Shown: positions 45,447 through 55,155, counted from the first letter of the stretch. The stretch is DNA of 64,000 nt from an uncultured bacterium (GCA_913009335.1 CAJVXN010000006.1:562-64561), one strand, 5' to 3'. Notes: generated from the sequence alone by a model not told the origin. Made by a program: numbers and translations.

Positions 45447-45752
45447 ATGCGAAAACCGATAGTTTTTTTGTTTCTATTCTTTCTCGCTGTAGCAATTATA
45501 GGATGTAGTACAACTCAAAAAGGCGCTGGCATAGGGGCTGTGGCCGGTGCAGGATTAGGCGCAATCATCGGACACCAATCCGGTCATGCTGGTGAAGGTG
45601 CGTTAATCGGCGGATTAGGCGGTGCGGCGGCAGGAGCATTGATAGGAGAACAAGCCGATTCAAAATTTTGTCCGGTAGACGGAAAGCGATACACAGCCGG
45701 CAAACAATATTGCCCTGAGCACGGAGTAGAATTAAAGAATTTAGAGAAATAA
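45447..45752 (+). CDS. Glycine-zipper lipoprotein with C-terminal CPxDG/CPxHG zinc-knuckle-like motif
   Basis: Lipobox IIGC, GAGIGAVAGAGLGA repeats, FCPVDG...YCPEHG. Confidence 0.85.
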   Translation: MRKPIVFLFLFFLAVAIIGCSTTQKGAGIGAVAGAGLGAIIGHQSGHAGEGALIGGLGGAAAGALIGEQADSKFCPVDGKRYTAGKQYCPEHGVELKNLEK

Positions 45753-45765
45753 TTTAACTTATGAA

Positions 45766-45813
45766 CCCTGCCCTTCCTAAAGGGCGGGGTAGACCTGGGA
45801 AGGAAGGGCGGGG
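45766..45813. mobile_element. 48-bp TIR mini-element inserted in the pgsA start
   Basis: CCCTGCCCTTCCT/AGGAAGGGCGGGG; TGAA duplication; removal restores ATG AAT TTT GCG AAC from ATG 45761. Confidence 0.75.
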
Positions 45814-46391
45814 TGAATTTTGCGAACAAAGTTTCGATTTTTCGTATTATAACTATTCCTTTTTTTCTGTCGATAGTTCTATATTATAGCCCTCAAAGAG
45901 ACTTTTTACGCTTTGTAGCTTTGGGGGTTTTCCTTTTAGCTGCCCTCTCTGATTTTATTGATGGATATATTGCCAGAGTAAAGGGTCAAAAAACTAAATT
46001 TGGCTCAATCATTGACCCCTTAGCTGATAAGCTGCTACTAATAACTTCATTTATTTGTTTATACACAAAAAATAATATTCACCCGGAGGCATTGCTTCCT
46101 TTGTGGGTAATATTAACTATTATAAGCCGTGATGTTATTATCTTGCTGGGAGCTATAATAATATATTTGTTGAAACAAGATCTAAATATTAATCCTTCGG
46201 CTTTTGGAAAATTCACTACTTTCTCGCAGATGGGCACCATAATTGCCTTTTTACTCAGGCTGGATTTCGTAAATATTATCTGGAACATCGCGGTCGTTTT
46301 TACGATTATTTCCGGCATTGATTACTTACGCAAAGGTGTATTAATTTTAAATACGATTGATGTTAAAGCTAATCCTAGGAATAATCAGTAG
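45813..46391 (+). CDS. pgsA: CDP-alcohol phosphatidyltransferase (PGP synthase)
   Basis: SDFIDGYIAR, GSIIDPLADK, ISRD. Confidence 0.9.
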   Translation: MNFANKVSIFRIITIPFFLSIVLYYSPQRDFLRFVALGVFLLAALSDFIDGYIARVKGQKTKFGSIIDPLADKLLLITSFICLYTKNNIHPEALLPLWVILTIISRDVIILLGAIIIYLLKQDLNINPSAFGKFTTFSQMGTIIAFLLRLDFVNIIWNIAVVFTIISGIDYLRKGVLILNTIDVKANPRNNQ

Positions 46392-47040
46392 TTATCTTAT
46401 TGGCGCTATTCCTTTTGCTTATTTATTTGGTAGAATCTGTAAAGGAATCGATATTCGTAAATATGGTTCCGGAAATGTGGGTGCGACAAATGCCTTCCGT
46501 GTCCTAGGCCCTATCTTGGGTATTGCCGCCTTATTGTGCGATATTAGTAAAGGTTTCATCTGTCCTACTTTAATCGCCAATTACGCCGTAAACACCATAG
46601 ATTCCTCTTGGGTCTTAAGTTTTCGTATTTTATTAGGTGTATCTGCGGTGTGTGGTCATAATTGGACCCTCTTTTTACGCTTTAAAGGAGGCAAGGGGGT
46701 TGCCACAAGTCTGGGAGTCATTATTGGCCTGGCAATTATCATAGCACCCTTAAGAATAATTATACTCTTAACTCTTGTTTCCTGGGTACTTATCTTTCTA
46801 GGCACGGGTTTTGTTTCTCTTGCTTCGATTAGTGCTGCATGTTTATTCCCCATCCTTAACATAACTTTCAACACCCCAAAAGAATTACTTGCTTTGAGTC
46901 TGGGATTATGTCTATTTATAATCTTAAGGCATAAGTCTAATATTTACAGATTGTTACACAAGCAAGAGAGTCGATTTTACCCCTTAAAATCCCTTAAAAC
47001 CCGCTTATTAGCCGGATGGCGATGGTTTGGCAACCTATAG
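46360..47040 (+). CDS. plsY: Glycerol-3-phosphate acyltransferase
   Basis: YLIGAIP, DIRKYGSGNVGATN, GHNW, FKGGKGVATS, RHKSNI. Confidence 0.95.
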   Translation: MLKLILGIISSYLIGAIPFAYLFGRICKGIDIRKYGSGNVGATNAFRVLGPILGIAALLCDISKGFICPTLIANYAVNTIDSSWVLSFRILLGVSAVCGHNWTLFLRFKGGKGVATSLGVIIGLAIIIAPLRIIILLTLVSWVLIFLGTGFVSLASISAACLFPILNITFNTPKELLALSLGLCLFIILRHKSNIYRLLHKQESRFYPLKSLKTRLLAGWRWFGNL

Positions 47041-47135
47041 CCAAAGCCATTAAGTTAGCGGACAATGGTTTGGCTTCCGATAGACAAAGCTATTAAGTCA
47101 GCGGACAATGGTTTGGCTTCCGATAGACAAAGCCA
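47007..47135 (+). repeat. Tandem 43-bp hairpin repeat (two near-identical units plus one degenerate unit)
   Basis: TTAAGTYAGCGGACAATGGTTTGGCTTCCGATAGACAAAGCYA at 47050 and 47093; degenerate unit overlaps the plsY end. Confidence 0.9.
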
Positions 47136-47372
47136 TTTAAAGGTTAATTTACCTTTTTAATCATTATCTTATCTATCCCCTTAAGGCATGTCTACTAGGA
47201 AGAGTAAGCTGAAAGCGCTTTCATAATACTCCTTAATACGGTTGAATACTCATTCTCACATGTTATACTTCTAAAGGAAACAAAAATAATACCCCACCAG
47301 CCATGGAGGTATATGGTCGGGCCGGTCACGTGTTTATAGGCACAGCCCGGCCTTACATTTACGGAGAAAACA

Positions 47373-47699
47373 ATGCGAGATTTAGTATTTAAAAATTTAA
47401 CTTCTAATCAAAAGGGTAGAAAGATCATGTCTACTTCCGAGGTGATAGAACGTGACGGGATTATCACGAAAGTTAGAAGAAATTTTGTCTACATTGTAAA
47501 AAATGCAAAAGATGCAAAAAAGGAAAATGTACAGCCTCACTTATACGTATTAAAACGTAAAGATTCGCTAACGCAAAATGAAAAATTCCTTTGTCGCATC
47601 AAAGGAAGCCTTTATACAGTGAATAATGATAAGTTGTTCTTTGTGGTGTTTTCTCATTCGCTCTCAATAAATCTTACACCCGCTGTACATAAAAAATAA
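47373..47699 (+). CDS. Hypothetical basic protein
   Basis: 108-aa ORF with GGAG Shine-Dalgarno, upstream TG-n-TATACT promoter and downstream hairpin. Confidence 0.7.
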   Translation: MRDLVFKNLTSNQKGRKIMSTSEVIERDGIITKVRRNFVYIVKNAKDAKKENVQPHLYVLKRKDSLTQNEKFLCRIKGSLYTVNNDKLFFVVFSHSLSINLTPAVHKK

Positions 47700-47721
47700 A
47701 TAGTGGATTATTTTTTACACC

Positions 47722-47757
47722 AGCTGAAAGTAAAGATGAACTTTTGGCTGTTTTTTA
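47722..47757 (+). terminator. Intrinsic terminator
   Basis: CAGCTGAAAG...CTTTTGGCTG followed by a T-run. Confidence 0.5.
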
Positions 47758-47828
47758 TCAAACCCACCTCTAAGTTAATCCCCTAATTCTAGTTGCCCAC
47801 GAAATTTAATTATGCTATTATATGACTT

Positions 47829-48938
47829 ATGTCAAAAAGAGTATTGCTTGCTTATATTTCAGATATTTCCGGACATAGAAGCGCTGCCTTAGCGGTGGAG
47901 CATGCTCTTCATATCCTTAGTCCGTCTACAGAGATTCTTAGTATTAATCTTTTCAATTACACTAACCCTTATTCAGAAAAAGTCATAAATCATCTTTATA
48001 CGAACGTTATCAAAACTATGCCTAAGATTTGGGAATATCTGTATGACAACCCAAAGGTTATAAAAAAAACGAATTCCGTTAAAAATATTATCCATAAATT
48101 TAATTCGAAAAAGATCGCAAAGCTTTTTAATAAATTTAATCCTAGCATCATTGCTTGCACACAAGCATTTCCTTGCGGCATGTTCGCCGACTTTAAAAAA
48201 ATTTACCATCTTACTACTCCATTAGTAGGAATTGTTACGGATTTTTTTCCTCATACCTACTGGGCATACGAAACTGTCAATTATTATACGGTTGCAAGTC
48301 AAGAAGCGCAGAAAAGGCTTAAAGAGCAAGGCGTAACCGATAGCAGGATAAAATTAACCGGCATTCCGGTTGAACCTAAATTTGCTCAAAGGCTCAACCG
48401 GCAAGACATAGCTAAAAAACTAAATCTCGATAAGTCAATTCCTACTGTTTTAGTTATGGGGGGAGGGCAGGGGCTGGGACCTATTAAAACCATACTTCGA
48501 TCGCTAAATCGACTAAGAATCAATTTGCAGTTAATTGTGGTTTGCGGAACAAATAAAAAACTATATAAGAGTCTGCTGCGAAAGCGTTTTTCAAAAAAAA
48601 CGGTCATATTAAAATACGTTGGCAATATTGATGAATTAATGGAAATATCTTCTATAGTTGTAACAAAACCGGGGGGACTTACTATTTCTGAAGCTTTAAT
48701 AAAAGAACTTATTCCTGTCATTGTAAAGCCAATACCGGGACAAGAGGAAAACAATACTAAATACCTAACGAACCAAAACGCTGCTTTTAGAATTAAAAAA
48801 ACAAAGGAAGTTTCCTTGATCATCGAGCGCCTAATCTTAAATCCGCGAAAATTTATCACCATACAAAACAACGTAAAAACAATTGCTAAGCCAAACGCAG
48901 CAATGGACATCGCCAAGCTCATCTTAAATAATGCTTAA
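47829..48938 (+). CDS. MGDG synthase/UgtP-like glycosyltransferase (GT28)
   Basis: SGHRSAA, VTDF, GIPV, MGGGQG, TKPGGLTISEA, PIPGQEENN. Confidence 0.9.
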   Translation: MSKRVLLAYISDISGHRSAALAVEHALHILSPSTEILSINLFNYTNPYSEKVINHLYTNVIKTMPKIWEYLYDNPKVIKKTNSVKNIIHKFNSKKIAKLFNKFNPSIIACTQAFPCGMFADFKKIYHLTTPLVGIVTDFFPHTYWAYETVNYYTVASQEAQKRLKEQGVTDSRIKLTGIPVEPKFAQRLNRQDIAKKLNLDKSIPTVLVMGGGQGLGPIKTILRSLNRLRINLQLIVVCGTNKKLYKSLLRKRFSKKTVILKYVGNIDELMEISSIVVTKPGGLTISEALIKELIPVIVKPIPGQEENNTKYLTNQNAAFRIKKTKEVSLIIERLILNPRKFITIQNNVKTIAKPNAAMDIAKLILNNA

Positions 48939-49809
48939 GTTTCTACTTTATAAACTGGGACATTTTATATCGGTTAAACTATCAAAGAAAAATGCGTATC
49001 GCCTTGCGATTTTCCTGGCTGATATACACTGCTTGATTTCGAAAAGAGATAGAGACGCCATCACAGCTAACCTTAAAATTATTACGCCTGTTGCTGATAG
49101 AAAAATGATTGCGGTATATAGAAAAAATATATTTCGAAATTTCGCTAAATACATGGTTGATTTTTTTAGGTTTTCTATTATCCAAAAGGCTGATATCGAA
49201 AATGATATTGAATTTTCAGGTCTTGACATTGTTGATTCCGCGCTTAAAAAATCAAAAGGTGTAATTGTGCTCACTGCTCATATCGCTAATTGGGAACTTG
49301 GCGGAATTGCCATGGCCTTACTGGGCTATCCTATTGTTTGTGTCGCGCTAACGCACCGCAATAAAAAAATAAATGATTTTTTTATTAAACAACGGGAAAA
49401 TAAAGGATTTAGTGTTATTCCTTTAGGCAATGCCGCATTTAGATCTTTGCAGGCATTAAAAAAAAATAAAGTTCTCGCTCTTGCCGGAGATCGTGACTTT
49501 ACTCAGTCAGGCATTGTAATAGATTTTTTTGGCAAGCCCACAATTATTCCAAAGGGGCCGGCAGCATTCTCGCTTAAAACAGGATCACCGCTTTTAATCG
49601 GTATATTATCGCGTAAGCCTAACGATAAATTTAGTTTTGTATACGAGGGTCCTATTACTATTGATGCTAGTGGTGACGAAGAAAAAGACATTATCGCGCT
49701 AAGTAAAAAATTTGTTGCGGTTTTTGAGCGCTATATTAGAAAAAATCCGGACCAGTGGCTGATGTTTAGAAGATTCTGGGAGCCCGTGGAAAAAGATGCC
49801 TGCGAATAA
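48931..49809 (+). CDS. LpxL-family lysophospholipid/lipid A acyltransferase
   Basis: TAHIANWE, AGDRD, FFGK, PDQW. Confidence 0.88.
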   Translation: MLKFLLYKLGHFISVKLSKKNAYRLAIFLADIHCLISKRDRDAITANLKIITPVADRKMIAVYRKNIFRNFAKYMVDFFRFSIIQKADIENDIEFSGLDIVDSALKKSKGVIVLTAHIANWELGGIAMALLGYPIVCVALTHRNKKINDFFIKQRENKGFSVIPLGNAAFRSLQALKKNKVLALAGDRDFTQSGIVIDFFGKPTIIPKGPAAFSLKTGSPLLIGILSRKPNDKFSFVYEGPITIDASGDEEKDIIALSKKFVAVFERYIRKNPDQWLMFRRFWEPVEKDACE

Positions 49810-49835
49810 GGTAAAAGTAGATTAAAATATCAATA

Positions 49836-50504
49836 ATGGATAATAATAAGATTTGTATAATTATACCTGCGTATAACGAAGAAAAAATTATCGCTTCCGT
49901 GCTTAAAAAAGTAAAAGCCTTAAATATGGATGTGTTAGTGGTTGATGATGGATCAACTGATTCCACTGTAGAGCTTGCCAGGAAAAATGGCGCGATGGTA
50001 TTAGAAAATAAACAAAATCAAGGTAAAGGCGCAGCATTAAAAAAAGGGTTTGATCATGTTTTGAGATCCGATTATCATGCCGTCATTACCATGGATGGTG
50101 ATGGGCAGCATGATCCTGTATCCATTAAAGAATTTATCAACAAGCAACAAAAAACCAATGCCGATATTGTAATCGGCAACCGTATGCGTAATACCGAAAA
50201 TATGCCTTTAATTAGAATAATAACTAACCGGTTTATGTCCTGGATAATTTCCCGCGCATCTAAGCAGCGTATTCCTGACACCCAATGTGGCTTTAGATTA
50301 ATTAAACGAAAAATATTGGAAAATATAACTCTCATAGCTTCTAGGTATGACATGGAATCGGAAATTTTAATTAAATCAGCAAAAAAAGGCTATAAGATTG
50401 AATCTGTTCCAATTGAGGCGATATATAGAGGGGAGCGAAGTAAAATACACCCCGTGTTAGATACGTTGCGTTTTATCAAAACTTATCTTAGGTTGCTTTT
50501 ATAG
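49836..50504 (+). CDS. GT2 glycosyltransferase
   Basis: IPAYNE, VDDGSTD, GKGAAL, MDGDGQH, DTQCGFR. Confidence 0.92.
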   Translation: MDNNKICIIIPAYNEEKIIASVLKKVKALNMDVLVVDDGSTDSTVELARKNGAMVLENKQNQGKGAALKKGFDHVLRSDYHAVITMDGDGQHDPVSIKEFINKQQKTNADIVIGNRMRNTENMPLIRIITNRFMSWIISRASKQRIPDTQCGFRLIKRKILENITLIASRYDMESEILIKSAKKGYKIESVPIEAIYRGERSKIHPVLDTLRFIKTYLRLLL

Positions 50505-50507
50505 AAA

Positions 50508-51158
50508 ATGAATTTTGCTAAAATGCGTCAATTAATGATAAACCGGCAAATTATCTCACGCAATATACGTGATCAGAGAGTAATTTCTGTAATGGGTTAT
50601 ATGCCACGGCATAAATTTGTTCCGGATAAACTTCAAAAAGATAGTTACGCTGATTACCCATTGCCGATTGATAATAATCAAACTATATCCCAGCCTTATA
50701 TCGTCGCGTTAATGACAGAAAATTTGAGCCTAAGCTCACAAGATAGGGTTTTAGAAGTCGGCACCGGCTCTGGATACCAGACGGCAATTTTATCTAAATT
50801 ATGCGCGCATGTATACACTATCGAACGCATAGAGACACTACTTAAAAAATCTAAAGATATATTTAGGGAGCTAAATATTACGAATATTTCCACTAAGCTT
50901 TCTGACGGTTCCTTGGGATGGGAAGAATTTGCGCCCTTTGATGCGATAATAGTTACTGCTGCCGCAGTCAATATTCCACCTCTCCTAATCGAGCAATTAC
51001 AAATTAACGGCAGACTTATTATTCCCTTAGGCTCAGGATTCGGACAAATCTTAACCTTATCAATAAAGAAGAGTGATGGGTTAGACGAGCATCACATTTG
51101 TGGATGTTCTTTTGTGCCGTTAATTGAAAAGGAAGGAATAGAAAGGACTAAACCTTAA
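50508..51158 (+). CDS. pcm: Protein-L-isoaspartate O-methyltransferase
   Basis: QTISQPYIVA, LEVGTGSGYQTA, APFDAIIVTAA. Confidence 0.95.
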   Translation: MNFAKMRQLMINRQIISRNIRDQRVISVMGYMPRHKFVPDKLQKDSYADYPLPIDNNQTISQPYIVALMTENLSLSSQDRVLEVGTGSGYQTAILSKLCAHVYTIERIETLLKKSKDIFRELNITNISTKLSDGSLGWEEFAPFDAIIVTAAAVNIPPLLIEQLQINGRLIIPLGSGFGQILTLSIKKSDGLDEHHICGCSFVPLIEKEGIERTKP

Positions 51159-51162
51159 AAAG

Positions 51163-51750
51163 ATGTTTAAAAACTTCATTAGTTGGATATTACCTTACGG
51201 TATGCCCGGATTATTTATTATGAGCTTTGCGGAAAGTTCTTTTTTCCCTATACCCCCTGATATTTTATTAATTGCGTTGGCGGTAATTAATCCAAAAGCT
51301 GCGTTATTTTTAGCGATGATTACAACAATCGGTTCTGTTCTTGGAGCAATATTCGGCTATTTTTTAGGTTTAAAGGGCGGACGTCCGATATTACGAAAAT
51401 TTGTATCATCAGAAAAAATTGCTTTAGTTGAAGATTATTACAAAAAATATGATGTCTGGGCTGTAGGAATTGCCGGTTTTACACCTATACCATATAAAAT
51501 ATTTACCATATCGGCAGGGGCCTTTTCGTTGGATTTTACGCGCTTTCTAGTTGTCTCAATTATTTCCCGGGGCGCTAGGTTTTTTCTTGTGGGAGGGGTA
51601 ATATATATATATGGAGAAAACATTAGCCGGCTAATCGAAAAATACGCCAACATTATCTCAATAGGCTTTGTTGTATTACTCATTGGTGGATTCTATCTAG
51701 TCAAAAAATTAGCAGATCATCATAAGCAAAAAGCAAAAAATACATCTTGA
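51163..51750 (+). CDS. YqaA/DedA-family membrane protein
   Basis: SFAESSFFPIPPD, GFTPIPYKIFTI, SRGARFF. Confidence 0.9.
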   Translation: MFKNFISWILPYGMPGLFIMSFAESSFFPIPPDILLIALAVINPKAALFLAMITTIGSVLGAIFGYFLGLKGGRPILRKFVSSEKIALVEDYYKKYDVWAVGIAGFTPIPYKIFTISAGAFSLDFTRFLVVSIISRGARFFLVGGVIYIYGENISRLIEKYANIISIGFVVLLIGGFYLVKKLADHHKQKAKNTS

Positions 51751-51775
51751 CCTTTTTTGTTTAAGATAATACAAT
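51747..51775 (+). promoter_or_regulatory. Sigma70 promoter of the cobalamin operon
   Basis: TTGACC-17 bp-TACAAT just upstream of the riboswitch. Confidence 0.7.
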
Positions 51776-51783
51776 ATGGTTAT

Positions 51784-51945
51784 TACAGGTTCTAAGAATA
51801 AGATTAAAACGGGAAGCGCCTGAAATTGGCGTACGGTCCCGCCGCTGTAACCGGTAGCGAAAATCTATATAGACGCCACTGCCTGATCAAATCAGGCGGG
51901 AAGGCAAGATGAGTAGAGAGCCGGAAGTCAGAAGACCTGCCTGTA
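51784..51945 (+). promoter_or_regulatory. Cobalamin riboswitch
   Basis: TACAGG/CCTGTA P1, CGGGAA, TGAAA loop, CCCGCCGCTGTAA, GCCACTG...GGGAAGGC, B12 box AAGTCAGAAGACCTGCC; upstream of cob genes. Confidence 0.93.
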
Positions 51946-52011
51946 AAATTGCGTAGAGAAGCAAAGATAAATCTACGCCCTCGTGGATAGGGATTAAAAA
52001 AAGCTGGGTGC

Positions 52012-52044
52012 AATCCCTTTGATGTTTATCAAAGGGATTTTTTT
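52012..52044 (+). terminator. Riboswitch expression-platform terminator
   Basis: AATCCCTTTGAT-gttt-ATCAAAGGGATT-TTTTT immediately before the cobC ATG. Confidence 0.8.
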
Positions 52045-52638
52045 ATGACAACAAAAATATTTTTAATCAGGCACGCTCAAACACTTCTTACTAACGAACA
52101 TAAGTATTGCGGGAGATTAAATCCATCATTGGCAGAAGATGGCCGTCTTCTTGCGCGATCATTATCCGGATATTTTGCAAAGCAAGCGATAGACTGCATA
52201 TATTCCTCTCCTGCTAAGCGAGCCGCAGAGACTGTCAAAATAATATTTAGACATAGCAGTGCTATTAAAACTAGAGACGAACTAAATGAAATAAACTTTG
52301 GAGAATGGGAGGGCCTGAAATATAAGCAGGTAATGACGAAATACGCGCGCCTATATTCGGATTGGATCAAGGATCCTTACCGCGTAAACATTCCCGGCGG
52401 TGAATCTCTCATAGTGGTAAAAAAACGAGCAGTGTCATTTCTTAATTACATATTAAGCAACCATGGGGGTAAAAATATTGCGATTGTTACACATTTTGGA
52501 CCAATCAGGTTAATCTTAAGTCATGTTTTAGGCGATAAAAAAATTGATTTCTGGAGTAGAAAAATTAATCCCTGCAGCGTTAACATAATAGAATATAAAG
52601 AGAATAATTTTTTAACCCATCAAGTTGTCATTAATTAG
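52045..52638 (+). CDS. cobC: Histidine phosphatase (alpha-ribazole phosphatase)
   Basis: LIRHA, EINFGEWEG, PGGES, VTH; operon context. Confidence 0.8.
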   Translation: MTTKIFLIRHAQTLLTNEHKYCGRLNPSLAEDGRLLARSLSGYFAKQAIDCIYSSPAKRAAETVKIIFRHSSAIKTRDELNEINFGEWEGLKYKQVMTKYARLYSDWIKDPYRVNIPGGESLIVVKKRAVSFLNYILSNHGGKNIAIVTHFGPIRLILSHVLGDKKIDFWSRKINPCSVNIIEYKENNFLTHQVVIN

Positions 52639-52678
52639 CTTTTAATGGTGTAAAAAATATACCCTTACGGGTAAAGGT

Positions 52679-52726
52679 AAGATCTCACCTTTAAAGGCAT
52701 CAGGAAGGTCTATCCTTTTTGGATAA
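52679..52726 (+). repeat. About 47-bp double-hairpin repeat, copy 4 (degenerate)
   Basis: AGATCTCACCTTTAAAGGCATCAGGAAGGTCTATCCTTTTTGGATAA. Confidence 0.6.
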
Positions 52727-52769
52727 AACATTTTCCTAACCACTGAAACCTCACGAAGTTTATTGAAAC

Positions 52770-53300
52770 ATGAAAAATAAAAAACAGACAATATTTATTA
52801 CCGGATCTGCGCGAAGCGGAAAAAGTAACTTTGCTCTAGAATTAGCAAGTTCCCTAGGCCGCGATATTATTTTTATTGCTACCTGCGGCATACGTAATGA
52901 TCCTGAAATGCGCGCGCGTATAGAAAAACACAAGTCCGCGCGCCCTATGCATTGGAAGACTGTTGAAGAAGAAGTAGATTTAATAAATGCAATAAAAACG
53001 GCAGATAATACAACAGATGCTATAATCGTTGATTGCCTTACTTTATGGGCATCTAATCTACTGGAGCTTTCTAAAACTGAGGACGAAATTATACAGATTG
53101 CCGAAGACACTATTCGCGCAGCGAATAAAATTAATTCCTCGGTAATTTTTATATCTAACGAGGTTGGTTGGGGCATTGTTCCGGAGAATAAAATGGCACG
53201 CGATTTTCGTGATATTATCGGACGTACCAATCAGGTTTTCGCAAAATTTGCCAGTGTCGCATACCTGGTTACATCGGGGATACCCTTAAAACTAAAATAA
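52770..53300 (+). CDS. cobU: Adenosylcobinamide kinase/guanylyltransferase
   Basis: GSARSGKS, EMRARIEKH, DCLTLW, SNEVGWGIVP. Confidence 0.95.
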   Translation: MKNKKQTIFITGSARSGKSNFALELASSLGRDIIFIATCGIRNDPEMRARIEKHKSARPMHWKTVEEEVDLINAIKTADNTTDAIIVDCLTLWASNLLELSKTEDEIIQIAEDTIRAANKINSSVIFISNEVGWGIVPENKMARDFRDIIGRTNQVFAKFASVAYLVTSGIPLKLK

Positions 53301-53350
53301 CTATTTCTTTCTTTATATTAAGAATTTAAATTGAGAACGGGAAGGTAAAG

Positions 53351-54412
53351 ATGGATAAAATGCAAATTACAATAGATAGAATTGCTGATATTGATAAAGA
53401 TATCATGCGGAAAACACAAGAAAGACTTGATTTATTAACTAAACCCCAGGGCTCATTAGGCAGGTTAGAGGAATTAGCCAAGACTGTTACTGGAATAACC
53501 GCGAATGAAAACCCTTCACTTAAAAATAAGGTTATATTCACACTTGCCGCAGATCACGGCGTTGCTGAAGAAGGAGTAAGCGCATTCCCTCAAGAGGTAA
53601 CTCTACAGATGGTTTATAATTTTCTAAACGGTGGAGCCGGTATTAATGTATTAGCTAAACATATAGGAGCAAAAGTAGTGGTTGTAGATATGGGTGTCGC
53701 CGAGGAAATCAAAATTGATGAGTCGGATAATTTTAAAAATAAGAAGGTCGCCCTAGGGACGAAAAACATGACAAAGGGCCCGGCGATGTCAAGGGATGAG
53801 GCAATAAAATCAATAGAATGCGGTATTGAATTAGTTGAGGAGGAGTTAAAAGTTGGTTTGGATATTGTAGGTATTGGTGAGATGGGTATTGGAAATACAA
53901 CGGCAGCATCAGCTATTAGCTGTACTATAACTAAAAAAAACATCGTTTCACTAACCGGAAGAGGCACTGGCATCAATGATGCAGCACTTAGAACCAAGCA
54001 AGAAGTTATCCAAAAAGCTCTCTTGATTAATAAGCCTAATAATAGAGACGGTCTTGATATTCTATCAAAAGTAGGTGGTTTTGAAATTGGCGGATTATGC
54101 GGCATAATACTTGGGGCGAGTGCCAATAAAATTCCGGTAGTAATTGACGGATTTATTTCAACCTCAGCTGCATTGATTGCATCTATTATGGAGCCAAAAA
54201 CTCTTTCCTACATGATTGCCGCCCATTCATCAGTTGAACCGGGACACCAAATCATATTAAATCATTTAGGCTTAAAACCATTACTAGATCTTGATTTACG
54301 CTTAGGGGAAGGAACCGGAGCAGCATTGGGCATCGGTCTTATTGAATCTGGAATAAAAATCCTTAAAGAAATGGCTACATTTAAAGAATCCGGGGTAACA
54401 GAAGAAAAATAA
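53351..54412 (+). CDS. cobT: Nicotinate-nucleotide-DMB phosphoribosyltransferase
   Basis: LTKPQGSLGRLE, AADHGV, GEMGIGNTT, LRLGEGTGA. Confidence 0.97.
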   Translation: MDKMQITIDRIADIDKDIMRKTQERLDLLTKPQGSLGRLEELAKTVTGITANENPSLKNKVIFTLAADHGVAEEGVSAFPQEVTLQMVYNFLNGGAGINVLAKHIGAKVVVVDMGVAEEIKIDESDNFKNKKVALGTKNMTKGPAMSRDEAIKSIECGIELVEEELKVGLDIVGIGEMGIGNTTAASAISCTITKKNIVSLTGRGTGINDAALRTKQEVIQKALLINKPNNRDGLDILSKVGGFEIGGLCGIILGASANKIPVVIDGFISTSAALIASIMEPKTLSYMIAAHSSVEPGHQIILNHLGLKPLLDLDLRLGEGTGAALGIGLIESGIKILKEMATFKESGVTEEK

Positions 54413-55155
54413 TGATTAAACGTTTTTTACTCGCTATTCAGTTTTTAACTATTTTTCCTATAAAGGTTAAAAACGTCAGTGATGAGCAGATTGGTTCATC
54501 TTCGATGTTTTTTCCTGCCATCGGAGTATTGATAAGTCTTGTTTTATTCTTTCTGTATGCATTGATTCTAAATTTGCATTTTGATCCTTATCTTAATAGC
54601 GCAATTATTACCATAACCCTTATTGTAATTACCGGCGGCCTGCATCTAGATGGCGTTGCTGATACTTTCGATGCCATAGCCAGCAATAAAGACAGAGAAG
54701 CCTCTCTTGCAGTAATGCGGGATTCATCGACCGGCGCAATAGGAGTATTAGCATTAATAAGTATTATTATTTTAAAGATATTGCTGCTTGCTGAAGTTTC
54801 ACCATCTAATATGCTCGCAGCACTTTTATTTATGTTGGTATTTAGTCGTTTCTCGCAGGTATTATCGCTCAAGATGTTTAAATATATTCGCGAGGAAGGA
54901 AAAGCAAAACTACTTTTTACAGGAACAACTTACCCAGTCTTTATTATTGCGGCAATATCAGCATTACTATTTACAACTTTCTTTAATTGGCCCAATGCGC
55001 TTTATATTTTTATAATTATTTTATCTTTAACACTTATTTTTAATAAGCTGATAAGTGTTAAATTTGGCGCCTTAACAGGCGATACAATAGGCGCGGTAAG
55101 CGAAATAAACGAAGTGATTGTTTTATTTATTTTTATTTTAATCCAAAGGTTTTAA
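54412..55155 (+). CDS. cobS: Adenosylcobinamide-GDP ribazoletransferase
   Basis: FLTIFP, TGGLHLDGVADTFD, MRDS, LTGDTIGA. Confidence 0.95.
   Translation: MIKRFLLAIQFLTIFPIKVKNVSDEQIGSSSMFFPAIGVLISLVLFFLYALILNLHFDPYLNSAIITITLIVITGGLHLDGVADTFDAIASNKDREASLAVMRDSSTGAIGVLALISIIILKILLLAEVSPSNMLAALLFMLVFSRFSQVLSLKMFKYIREEGKAKLLFTGTTYPVFIIAAISALLFTTFFNWPNALYIFIIILSLTLIFNKLISVKFGALTGDTIGAVSEINEVIVLFIFILIQRF

Noticed and set aside
47007-47135. CRISPR array
   Set aside because: Units are contiguous with no unique spacers, and no cas genes are in the window
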